A DNA stretch of 64,000 bases from Vermamoeba vermiformis (taxonomy: Eukaryota). The notes below the pieces were generated by a model that saw only the letters and a list, made by a program, of their open reading frames with translations, made no database searches and was not told the DNA's origin. Both the position numbers and the translations under genes were made by a program. The DNA is taken from contig JBEWZL010000238.1 in assembly GCA_045837725.1 (NCBI GenBank), positions 1 through 64,000 of the forward strand, read 5' to 3'. Shown here in pieces: positions 1-11,085 of this stretch. The first letter of the stretch is position 1, and the number at the start of each line of letters is the position of its first letter.

Positions 1-261
1 AATATTTGTTAATTTTATTAAATTAAATTAACTATTCGAGATCTGTGATTTCGTACACCCTTAAGTACGTTCAAACCACGAGCAATTGACAGGCGGTGTT
101 GCTCGAAGTACGCGGGGTCAAGTACGGGGCAGGCAAATTGGATTTTTTTTAAATTAGCAATAATTAGTTAATTTTGAGAATAAATCGATATAAAAATTAT
201 TATACGGCTACAGTGGAAAATCTAACAAGAGTTTTATTAGGCTGTGAAGTAGTTTTACAAC

Positions 262-1632
262 ATGCTCGAGTACACGGACTGCGTTTCGTTGCAACAATGG
301 CTTGAGAAGTCGATAAAATTAGAAGAATTTTGCGAAATTAAACCTACTCTTGTACAGCAAGTAAAATTAACTGTACAAACTGTATGCGGTAATAAAAAAT
401 TGAAAAACATGTATAATTGACAATTTGTAGGTAAAAACACGGGGAGAGAGCTTGGTATCGTGTTCAATGAGGGAATGGCATTGCGATTGTGTATTTCTAA
501 GGGCAGTTATTTGGTTTTTGCTGCTCATGACAGTGTGGCACAGGCTGTGGTGGATCAAGCCCCTTTAACAATGAAAACGGTTACTGGCAACACTCTATTG
601 TTGGTGGATGAAGGGGTTGGCAGATCTGTGGTGGTCTTTCAGCCTGAACTGGTGTGGGATGTTTATGGCCCTGATATCCTCTTAGAATCAGCTCTATTTA
701 GCACAAACCTTACTACTGTCTTGTCAACTCAAAGTGATTACTTGCGACAAATCACTTTGTTGGAGGCTCTGCTGGATCCTTGCTTATTTAATGGTTTTGG
801 TCCGTTGCTTGTCAATGAGATTCTTCAACGGCTATATTATTATTTCGGTAATCACCAGATTTGCAGTTTACAAAAGACTCATATCTTTTACAGAAATACG
901 TCCATTCATCAATGCTAGGCAATTTTTAAAGCATGATCACAACCGCAACCTTCTTCAACGCATGAGCACTGAATTTATTGGTCAGTTTTTACATATGTCA
1001 TCCTTGGCACTGAACTGTGTCGATTTCATGGACTTTGGATGGCTTGATTTAAGATCTGTGTTGCTGTTTTCGTTTCGGCAACAAGCTTGTCGTGAAACAA
1101 CAGTAAGCTGGTACAGTGTTGCTTTGGTCTCTCAGAAAGAAGAAATTTGTTATTCAACATGCGAGTCTGTTGATTTGCCGCAAAATTGGCGTAAAATGGC
1201 CACAGTTCTCCAAGGGCCAGGACTATCTCATTACTTTGCTTGGCAAAAGGTTAGTATGATGCCCATCTCTGTAGCTTTGCTAATTGTACTAGTCTGAGGC
1301 AAGTCACTCCAAAAGAAAGGCGTTATCAACTAGCGAGATGCGAGTCAAAAAGCCACGCAACCACCAGTCTGCTACACCAAAGAGAGAAACTGAAGATGTT
1401 GATTCAATGTTTGTTCCGTATTGTGATGTTCTCTGCAAGTATGTGTTATAATCCAATTCTATATCAATTTCTAATGTTTAATAGTGTTACTTTTCCTGAT
1501 TATTCTGACGACTGCACTGAAAGTGAAGATGAGAGCTCAGCCAACGACAAAGAGGTCGCAAGATTAAAACGTAGATTTAACAAAAAGTGTCGTAGGATTG
1601 CCAACAAATTCAAACACAAAATAAAATTGTAA
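262..1632 (+). CDS. Fpg/Nei-family (NEIL1-like) DNA glycosylase, spliced (about 4 introns)
   Basis: Joining exons gives MLEYTD...GRELGIVF...GPDILLE...LLEALLDPCLFNGFGPLLVNEILQRLYYYF|EIRPFINARQFL. This resembles the NEIL1 H2TH region (ICEALLDQRFFNGIGNYLRAEILYRLKIPPFEKARSVL). Plausible introns 389-430, 848-893, ~1250-1292, ~1439-1484. Basic/acidic low-complexity tail. Confidence 0.7.
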
Positions 1633-1671
1633 CTCTTCACTCAATTGTTGCACTAATGTATTGACCTTTGA

Positions 1672-2062
1672 GGTTGTAGCCTGTAGGGTAACAACCCGAA
1701 ACGTTGTTGAGTTGAAGGTAACAACCTCCCTGGCTTTGGATGTTGTCGCCTTGAAGGTAACGATTGTCGCCTTGAGGGTAACGACACTGATGTTGTCTCC
1801 TTGAAGGTAACAACCTACCTGACTTTGGACGTTGTCGCCTTGAAGGTAACGACCTCTGACGTTGTTGCCTTGAAGGTAACGACCTCTGACGTTGTCACCT
1901 TGAGGGTAACGACACTGACGTTGTCGCCTTGAAGGTAACAACCTCCCTGACTTTGGACGTTGTTGCCTTGAGGGTAACGACCTACCCAACTTTGGACGTT
2001 GTCGCCTTGAAGGTAACGACCTCCCACATTGTCACCTTGAAGGTAACGCCTCTGGTGTTGTC
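1672..2062. repeat. Tandem array of ~12 imperfect palindromic units (core GTTGTCGCCTTGAAGGTAACGAC) with short variable linkers
   Basis: The core recurs every ~21-39 nt. Linker types (ctctgac, actgac, ctccctgactttggac) themselves repeat. Confidence 0.95.
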
Positions 2063-2142
2063 CAGAGGATATTTCATGCGTTGGCCATTCGACTTAGTAT
2101 TTTTTCCATAACCCAAACATCTGTCAACCCCAAGTATATATA

Positions 2143-2232
2143 AAATATGAAGTAGAAGAGCTCTTAGAGCAAAGGAGAGGAAAGTCTGGAATGGAGTACT
2201 TAGTGAAGTGGTTAGGATGGAGTAATCAATAC
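2143..2232 (+). pseudogene. Chromodomain fragment
   Basis: Translates as KYEVEELLEQRRGKSGMEYLVKWLGWSNQY (YEVE..L....EYLVKW.GW motif). The TWEP motif is missing and no start codon is apparent. Confidence 0.75.
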
Positions 2233-2391
2233 GTGAATGGATTATGCTTTAGACTGCCGCCACTGATTTTTGACATTTTGCAAGCCAGATTTTGTCTTGC
2301 ATAACCTGTACATTTTCACCAGTGAATAAAATAAGGGAGTGATTGCAATAGCAACCTTGTTTTCTACGTGGACCAAAAAAACTGCCCATAT

Positions 2392-3060
2392 TCCAAACCT
2401 CCAGTGGTGGTGAACTTCAAAAGAGCTTATTGTTGGAAGATTTGGTTTAATCCCATGAAAGGCCACCAAAAGCTACATTGCTTTTTGCTTAAACCAACTC
2501 TACAACAACAAAATCAATACAAGAGTTCATCACTACCAAGGCTATTTTGAAACAATATTCCACAGATGCACAGTGGGATGGAGGGCCAGAGGGAAGGACA
2601 TATTATTTTTACTTCTAAACCTATTGGACAACCCTTAGAAAAGCATCCAAAGTATGCAAACTTTCCAGAGATTCAACACAACAAATTTCATTCGTTTATG
2701 GATGATAAGCAAAAAGCTTTCTGGCAACAGCTATTGGATACTTCTGGACAGTGTTTGATTCCTACAGAAGCACAATCAATGGTATTTGATCTTGTTCCAA
2801 AACTGCAAGCAAAAAAACCTGTGGAAGTTAAAAAGACAAACAAAACTCTGTAATTACAAATGTCAAAGAAGATAGAAAATGGTCATGAATAGAAAGTATG
2901 ATTTTAGGGAAGAGATTTAATCAGAAAACCCATAAAACAGACTATCATGTCCTCTGGGAGGCTGGTGATTGAACTTATTAGCCAGAAGAGAACTTTTACA
3001 ACTCAGATGGGGTCGAAAATGAAGCCTTCAGTCAATACAAGCTGCAAAAGAAAGTCCTTC
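2392..3060 (+). pseudogene. Degraded transposon-like ORF ending in a second, stop-interrupted chromodomain-like segment
   Basis: Frameshifted fragments (VVNFKRAYCWK..MKGHQKLHCF; FPEIQHNK..KAFWQQLL), then ILGKRFNQKTHKTDYHVLWEAGD*TY*PEENF. Confidence 0.4.
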
Positions 3061-4598
3061 TAAAAAACCCAAAAAAATGTAATAAAATACCCATCCTCTT
3101 TTTTGTTTACCCTTTAATGATAGTCACTACCGCCAACCAGACTCTCTCAAAGTTTCTGAGCAATATCACTTCTGGTTTCTACCCAAGGTTGTGTTAGAGT
3201 AAAGGTCAAAAATGAAGAAACATGGAGCCAGATAGTCTTGTAGTTGTAGATTACAAGAGCAGTACAAAAGGAATTTAAAATGTAAGTGCATTTTCATGAA
3301 CCTTTTTTTTTTCTTGAATTAAACATTATTTAATTGATTTTAAAAAACAAATTCATTTTTTTAATTCATTAGTGGCTTAGTGTACTTTTCAATAAGTTAC
3401 AATATTTAGGGCGTTACTAAGTTATTGTTGGACAATCCATTTAATGTGCTATAGTAAAAAGTTTCAAAGGCCATATTGAAGGAAAAAAATAGAAACTCTT
3501 CCAGATCCAAATTATGACTTCAAATATAATGGGATTTGGGATTGTACAAACACTGCTTTGTGTGTTAGTAGTATCCATCTGTTTCAATTTGCAAAAGCAG
3601 TGATTATGGGAATTATAAATTATTGGACTGAGACATCTATAGTGTAGTCAGTGTTACAAAACAAGATGCTGTCCTTCATACCTAAGGTACAGTCTACAAG
3701 AAATGAGTTTATTTATTTTTTGTTGTTGCATTAATTGGTGGTGAAATTACAGTGTGTTCTGCATAGGGTCCAAGTTCTTGGCCACTGCTGTTGACTGGTG
3801 GAGGAGATGCATATCGTGGGCTTGTCATGTAATCTATAGAAGATTGAGAAGTGGATTTGCTGTCCATGATTGGGATAATGTGTTAAAAATGCTACTGCAC
3901 TTTTTTGGGATTTTGGATTCTGCGTTTTTTCTACTTAGAAAATAACATTAACCTTCATGAAAGATTTAAAATTCATGAAACAACATTGTATTTTGTATTT
4001 TATTTAAATAAATTGCTAATATACCTTGTGCATAGAGTAATGCAATAGCGTATAATTTGCTAGTTTTTAATTTTTTTGGTTACCTCGTGTGATCACCATT
4101 CAATGGTTTCTTATTAAAGCACCAACACTCATGCCATCACTAGCCTGTAAAGATGAACTCAAACACCCTTATATTTTCCATTTTCAAAAATTATGCTACA
4201 GCCTCAGGATACATATGCACAATATTATACAATTGAACGCAAATAGGGTAATCTTGAACGACAGATAAGTGGATTTAATAACCAAATCTTGTCGGATTTC
4301 TGGTTGGGAGCGCCCTATCATTAAATATTTGAGTTTTATATTATATTTGAATATTACGAGCAAGGGGCTACTAAACTTAACTTGTTCGGGTAGTATTCAA
4401 CATTTTATTTTCAGATTTCAATACTCCTTCGATTATTGAGTCCACTTAATTATGTAACGTCGTACTAACATTAAATAGATTATTAGTGATTGTTTAGTGT
4501 GTGTCAAAAGTGGTGATTAATTTTCAGCTGTTTTAGGTGGTGTGTTGAAGAGTTAAAAGTTGGGGGTAACACAACTAAGCCTCAATGAGTTGTAATAT

Positions 4599-5016
4599 AG
4601 GCAGTTATTTTTGGTCCACGCAGAGCTTGCTTTTCTGCAAAACTCTCACTTAGAAACATGAAGGAGGAATGGTAAAAGAGAAGGAAGATGTCCAAAATTC
4701 CAGCATGAATTGCAATGGAAAATCAGAACTGATTTTGGATTCCAAAGCTGTACAGTGTCCAGACTCACAAATGAATCACAGCTGACATGTTTTCTTGACA
4801 TTTCAAGAAGTGATACGATTTTTCAATGATATTCAAGGATTACAACCTGTTTTTGGCTGATTTCTTGATGTATTGGTTTTTCATGGGGTACACACCTGTC
4901 AAACTTGTCATGTGAGAATCTGGGCGCTGCACAGCGTTCTGATAACTGTCAGGGCCTGATTTTCTGTGCTAACCTGTGTGAAAAGCAAACTCTGCGTGGA
5001 CCAGAAAAAATTGCGC
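4599..5016. mobile_element. Non-autonomous TIR element (MITE), ~418 bp, ATAT target-site duplication
   Basis: Left end aggcagttatttttggtccacgcagagcttgcttttc; right end gaaaagcaaactctgcgtggaccagaaaaaattgcgc (its inverted repeat). ATAT at 4595-4598 and 5017-5020. Confidence 0.8.
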
Positions 5017-5439
5017 ATATATATTTACATATGTATTCTTGGTAGGGAGCAGATTTGACAACTATCAGCACCAATCTGTAATTACAAGCATCAAATTTAG
5101 CCATTCATTTCATTGGTCGATCTCAGCTGCTTCCAACCGCAGTCGCGGCCAAAAGTATCGCCCCACCTTAAAAAAATTATCCCTCCTCAGCAAGGGGAGC
5201 CATGGCTGTAATCCTCTTGCAAGTAACAACCAGAAAAACTTGGGTTACTTATCACACGTATTTCAGAGATGCTTTGTAGTCAGAGCAGCTCAAGAGGACC
5301 GATCAAAATCGACCTTCTCCATTCCATAAACGCGCTATTGTTATCCTTTGAGCATTGGAATTGCCTGAGTCTGCCATCCAATCCCAGGATCTTTAGCCAA
5401 CTGCAACAGATTGTTAGTGCTTAAATAGATAGTCTGGAT

Positions 5440-6173
5440 TTACAATATCATCTGAGTGGCCTTTTGTTCTTCATAACACTTGAGATCCGCAGTGTCAAAC
5501 TGCTTGCAACACTCAATTTGCCGGGTTCTCTACATAGTTATCAAACATAATTTATTAAGTTCAGTATTAAGGAATTAACAAAAAGCTACCCTGTACAACC
5601 ACTGTCGATCAGGGATTTGCACTTTCAACTGACTTGTTTGATCTAATGAACATGCAGTACAAATGACCCGAAGCTCCTGTGAATTTTAACTTGCCCAGAG
5701 TCAGATCCACATTTTTGGATGTGGTAGAGTATTTTATAATTTTGCATACAAAGAGAGCCCAAAAACAAGACTTTGATGTCTTGTGGACTGCAAGGCAAGC
5801 ATTCATCCGTGTCTACCATGGAAACCTTTGGAGGCTGACTGTGACTCAACATTTTATGACAAATGAAGCTTTGAGATTTGCTCAGATCGACAACGGAGCA
5901 TACAATACTTTACAGGAAGGGGTTGAACATGCTCATTTGGATGATAAGAAGAGCTCCAATGTAACTTTCAAGGGTGGTAATTCGAATGCAACTGGTACCA
6001 ACTGTTGGCAACAGATCCTCAACAAGCAGCAAGTTAGACGTGAGTTAAACAAAAGAGATCTGGCTCCAGAAGGCACTTTGCCCCTTCATTATCGATTTAT
6101 AAACTCAGAAGACAATGCTGGTGACTTGGAGTATCCTAAATATGCCCCTTCTCACTTAAAATGGTTTTTGTAA
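5440..6173 (+). pseudogene. Remnant of a DDE transposase, RAG1/Transib-like C-terminal region
   Basis: ORF 5679-6173 has F..VY....LTVTQHFM....GAYNTLQEGVEHAH....TFKGG, similar to the H..L..H / S[EQ]EG.E..[NH] catalytic-Glu block of RAG1/Transib-type transposases. A frameshifted FCS-LH..LR-like block lies near 5460-5490. Upstream in-frame stop. Confidence 0.45.
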
Positions 6174-6304
6174 TACCTCTTAGTGCTTGGTTCAAGAATG
6201 ACCCAATTAACCAGCGGAGGTAAAAAATTAAATAAAATATTTGATAGCTTTCCAACTCATCGTAAAATACAGCCTTAGCTTATACCAACTTAATACCTTA
6301 TTAC

Positions 6305-6455
6305 AAGTCAATATCCTGTGTTGGACTTATTATTTGGTTGGGTGTTTAATTTTTGTTTTTTTTTTCATTATTTTTTTGGATGTGATAGTCTTGTAAGCAG
6401 GTGTTCAATATTTAAATAAAATTTTTATTCTTTTTTTTGGATGTGATAGTCTTGC
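6305..6455 (+). repeat. ~150 bp repeat, copy 1 (two GGATGTGATAGTCTTG motifs)
   Basis: Direct similarity to 11086-11237 and inverted partial similarity to 26061-26113. Confidence 0.85.
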
Positions 6456-6639
6456 GATAGTCTTAGTGCCATTCAGAGAAAATGGCAGAGATTTCCTGAT
6501 TTTTCAGAGCAGATTTTTTTCACCTTGGGTTCTGAATAAAAAGGCTTTTTAACCAGGGGAAGACATTCAGTAATCTTATTTTGATAAAGCTCCAATCACA
6601 ATTATATTGATACTTTACTGAGATTAAAGAAAGAAAGCA

Positions 6640-8451
6640 ATGTTTCCTGGTGTGTACAAAGCATTCATGGAATCAGGAGTTCTGCCTCACATTAAAAAGG
6701 ATGACAGAGTTTGGAACATTCGTGAAGGGGACGAACACAAGCAACAGTTTGCTAAAATATTTTGTGAAAAAGTATTAATGTCTGGGGAGGTGAAGTTAAT
6801 AATATTTGATTTGGATAACACCATGTGGAAGGGTGAGATTGCGGAAGCTGGAATTATTTTGGAAGAGGAAAAATTAGCTTTTGTTAAAAAGTTGGTAAAA
6901 GCAGGCATTATGGTATCCATTTGTTCTCGGAATGATTTTGCAACTGTTCAAAAGTTCTTACAATCAATTAACATGTGGGAATACTTCATCTTCCCCGAGA
7001 TAAACACTTTTCAAAGTAAAGGGCCCATGGTGAAGAATATTCTTTCCAACTGTAATTTACGTAGTCAAAATTGCCTTTTTGTAGATGATGAACTCCGAAA
7101 CAGAAATGAGGTGTGGCATGCTAACGTTCCTTGCCTTGGCCTGCATCCCGACCTTTTTTGGCTGTGCCTTCTTGAAGACTTTGATTATGATAAAGGAGGG
7201 GAACAACGGTTACTCCAGTACAAAGTTATGGAAAAAAAGCATCAATACAAAAATGAAGGAGGCTTATCAACTGAGGAGTTCCTACGGCGAAGTGCCATTA
7301 AAGTAACTATTCAAGATAAAGAAATTGAGGCATTAGCTCCCAGACTAGAGGAACTTTTTAGCAGAGCCAATCAATTGAACTTTACCAAAACGAGGCTTAA
7401 AGAAGGAGAAATACTTGCAGCACTTTCTGAACCAAATGTGCAAGCTGGAGCCATTCATGTAAAAGATCTTTTTGGGAATTATGGTGTGGCTGGCTTCTTT
7501 CTTTTAAGTGAGGGGGAGCTAAAACACTTTGTATTCTCCTGTAGAGTGCTAGGCATGAATGTGGAAACTGCAGTCTATCAGTACTTGGGAAAGCCAAAGC
7601 TTGTTGAAATACAACCGACAGCTGTTCAAAATTTGAGCGACAAAAGCCATATCGATTATGTTGATATTCAAATTGGAATGGTTTCTGAGGATGGAGGTCT
7701 GATCGGAAGCAAATATATCACGATAAAAGGATCCTGTTGGACAGTAACTATCTCAGCAATCTTGGCCAGTAGAGTGAAATACAACTTTACCATTTTGCCT
7801 TATGATAACCCTGATCCTTATGGCCTTGGACACTCTGACTCAATAGCCTTTCAACTAAGAGAGGATAAGACTAATTTGGACTTCTTGGATAAGTATTGTG
7901 ACTTTGCAATTCAAGATGTTCAGGAAGGATATTTAATATTTCAACCCTGGAGAGAGGCTGATGTTTTGACATTCAAGCACAAGCACATTAAAGATTTATA
8001 CATCCCGTTTGGTGACACCAAGTCTTCATTGGTAACTAATAGAAGTGAATTTATTAGTAAAAATGGCCTTAGCGAGGAATTTGTTCAAAAATTTGAGGAA
8101 AACTTTGAGGTAGCTGGAGTTATGACACCTGAGAGGCTATATGCCAATATTCAATTAATGCATTCCAAACTGCCAAAGGGAGTGACTCTAATCATTCAAA
8201 ACTTCAATGATCTGAAAAAAGGACCAGATGATCCACATCATGCCTTGCACTGTTCTTTGAATGAGTGCATCGATAAAATTGTGCGAGATTATGAAGACAT
8301 CAAATTAATGGACTGCAGAGGCATTACACTTGAAGACATTGTGAAGGAGAATGAAGTTTTTTCTTTGAAAAGAGAGGTCAATGTAAGATTAGCTTCTCAA
8401 CTGGCGGACATTATCAATTTAAATGATGCTCAAAATAATAATAATAACTGA
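6640..8451 (+). CDS. FkbH-like HAD-IIIC phosphatase/glyceryl transferase domain protein, intronless, 603 aa
   Basis: IIFDLDNTMWKG, CSRND, FVDD, RANQLNFT, VKDLFGNYG and FSCRVLG are FkbH-family motifs. Confidence 0.9.
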   Translation: MFPGVYKAFMESGVLPHIKKDDRVWNIREGDEHKQQFAKIFCEKVLMSGEVKLIIFDLDNTMWKGEIAEAGIILEEEKLAFVKKLVKAGIMVSICSRNDFATVQKFLQSINMWEYFIFPEINTFQSKGPMVKNILSNCNLRSQNCLFVDDELRNRNEVWHANVPCLGLHPDLFWLCLLEDFDYDKGGEQRLLQYKVMEKKHQYKNEGGLSTEEFLRRSAIKVTIQDKEIEALAPRLEELFSRANQLNFTKTRLKEGEILAALSEPNVQAGAIHVKDLFGNYGVAGFFLLSEGELKHFVFSCRVLGMNVETAVYQYLGKPKLVEIQPTAVQNLSDKSHIDYVDIQIGMVSEDGGLIGSKYITIKGSCWTVTISAILASRVKYNFTILPYDNPDPYGLGHSDSIAFQLREDKTNLDFLDKYCDFAIQDVQEGYLIFQPWREADVLTFKHKHIKDLYIPFGDTKSSLVTNRSEFISKNGLSEEFVQKFEENFEVAGVMTPERLYANIQLMHSKLPKGVTLIIQNFNDLKKGPDDPHHALHCSLNECIDKIVRDYEDIKLMDCRGITLEDIVKENEVFSLKREVNVRLASQLADIINLNDAQNNNNN

Positions 8452-8966
8452 ATCTCTGGTTAATGGATTGCAGTTTTGATTCTGTTTAAATAAGACCTGT
8501 CATAACTTGAAGATCTGACCTAAAATGGTGGCTAAACATTCGGAGCTTTAGCAGGAACAACTTAATTCGTTTTTTAATAATTGATAGTAAATGATCAGTT
8601 CAATCGATTGGTTGTGAAGTTTGTCAGAGATTTCTCCTATGTATGTTTTGCACATTGACTGATTAATCTTAAGGCTCATATGCAGCTTCATATTTAGTTT
8701 GGCGCTTAGGCACCCACTTCTTGTCTTGACGTTGAGGGATTTGCTTGCCCTTCTTGGATCCACCTGCATGAGCATATTAAGTTGCAAATAACAAGAATAA
8801 AACACCTTCTCCACAACTAAAATAATTTGTTTCATTAGACAGCCAATTGCATTAAAGGTTTTGATGAGCCTATTTTTGGGTGCACCAATCATTTATCGAT
8901 TTTTACCAATCGTTAATTTTTTTCAGTCTTTAGATTAGTGCCGCCATTAGAAACAAATATACCACA

Positions 8967-10852
8967 ATGATACGAAGTTCTGGCAAATACTTTTCCGACT
9001 TTTTGCACACCATTTTGAGCTCATGCCACTACTCTGAACATGAGGTAGCAAGATGTGTAGATAAACTTGGAGCCTTTTTGGGACAACTCACAGTGCTGCA
9101 ACTTCCCTCAAAGCCAGCATGGCCTTCATTTGTTACAGATGACCATACACCCATTGAATTTAGCATAACTTTTTCCACTGGAAAGAGGCCTGTGGTCCGA
9201 ATGGTAGGGGAACCATTACCACAATATATAAAAGATAGTTTGTCCATGGCTGACATCGTTAACACGGCCGAGGAGTTTTACGCCCAAGCAAAAGCTCAGA
9301 ATTCCTTTAATTGGACAGTCTATGAAAAATTGAAGCACCTTTACATGGTGCCTGCTGAAAAAGCCTCTGGGCCATTTTATGCTTGTTTTGGAGTTGACCT
9401 TCAGCCCATGTCATACTTTATTTTTCTTTCTTGGCTTAACAAGCTGCACTCCAGTTTCAAAAGTTTTTGTTAGCATTCCAAATGCATTCAGCCATGCCAA
9501 AGCTTTTGGAAATATTCTGCACTCAATATGTGAAGAAAGACCAAATTTTGTAATTTTCATGCACAATCACACTTTTGGCACGTTACAATGTTCAGTCACT
9601 TTGCTACCCTCATATGCTACATCAAATCCAGATTTTGGAGAGGATTTTCCTTACAATGATAAGGGTATTGTCAATATTTAGTGTACTGCTTGTGTTAAAT
9701 TTAAACTCTAGTGTCTTTTGAAGAAGGAATGGCGAGTTTATTTGCCAAAACACAGCAATTAGCGTGGGAAGAGTATCTATTTTGGGACAATACATTTACT
9801 ATGCATGCAAACAAAGAGGTACATAGCCTATCAGACTCTTGCAATTCTACAAACTAATTGCAAACCAGAGTGTTCTCATAGCAGATGCCAATTCATTTGC
9901 TGCGATAGCTGCAGCAAATAAGCACTCAATCCCTGTATTTTGTCATACCCCCAACAATTTGTTTGATGTATCTTACTTTCCGAGCCCGTTTCCATATTCA
10001 GGACTCTCCATGTGGGATCTTTTGGGCAATTTGAAAAAACACTTGTGGAGTGAACGGCTGCATGATATCGTACTGAAAAAAATAGTCGTTAATACAGGAA
10101 TTACAGCTGATAAACTATATCAAAAAACTATTGACGTTCGTTACACAGCCCTGATTGATCTTCCAACACTTTCTTGGGGAAATGTGCGGGTTGTATCTCC
10201 TATCTTCATGCACCGCCAACAACCTAAAAATTATGGACCTAAATTGCTTGTATCCTTTGGAACACTTGTTTATCCATTAGAACCTTTAATTGATACCATT
10301 GTGAGTGACTTGGTGGCACTTTCTAAAGAAAACCCTGACACTGAAATAACATGGATAGCCCCTACAAATTTTAAGCAAATAAGGGATAAAGTTGAAGGAT
10401 ATGATTGCTTTGAGGTCAAGCAATGGGCTGACATTCAGGCTAGTTTGTGTGGAGGTAACTACAGCTTGTATATAACCCATGGAGGTCATAATTCAATCAT
10501 GGAATCTCTGTATTGTGGAGTACCTATAATAGTGACTCCCTTAAATTTTGACCAATTGGACAACGCTTATAGGGTAGAATATCATGGATTTGGGATGTCT
10601 TTGAGCAGGAATTTATCAAAGGGAACATTGCTAAAGGCTGTGAACGATATCAAATCGGATGATATTTACAGAAAAAATCTAAATAGAGCCTCTTTAATCC
10701 TTAAAGATCAACCGTTAGCTTCAAATGAAGCAAAAAAGGTGTTCTTTTCATTTATTCATCAATTGCAAAGCCCAGGCATTTTTCAGAGCATTAAAATGCA
10801 GTTGGCTGGGTTGTATGGACAATTTAAGATGGTATTGAATAACTTTCTGTAA
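8967..10852 (+). CDS. Fusion of an N-terminal DMATS/ABBA aromatic prenyltransferase fragment and a GT1 UDP-glycosyltransferase (spliced)
   Basis: WPSFVTDDHTPIEFS...VVRMVGEP is a DMATS N-terminal signature. VFVSIPNAFSHAK, LLVSFGT and WADIQASL..YITHGGHNSIMESLYCGVPIIVTPLNFDQ form a UGT/PSPG box. Frame-restoring introns at 9410-9443, 9665-9711 and ~9819-9868. Confidence 0.75.
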
Positions 10853-11085
10853 ATTTGGACAGCAATAAAACAAGACAGAATTTCGTTGGGGGTGGGCTCG
10901 GATTGAATTCACTCAAAATCACGTAATTTGATTGACATTTAAATATTTTAACGTTCCATTGATTTTACTACATTGTCATCAATACGATTGCCTTATTTTA
11001 TATAATCTTTGTATTGATATGCAATTGGACTGAAATATGATTGCCGTCAAATAATATAACGAAATAAAAGCGTAATTATACTCAG

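Noticed and set aside
1672-2062. CRISPR array
   Set aside because: Linkers are short (under ~20 nt) and themselves repeated, the context is eukaryotic and there are no cas genes.
1564-2111. ORFs 1564-1989, 1815-2027 and 1929-2111
   Set aside because: They are by-products of the tandem repeat, with frames shifting between units.
3170-3950. Possible decayed gene
   Set aside because: Coding-like fragments with stops, but no family could be recognised.
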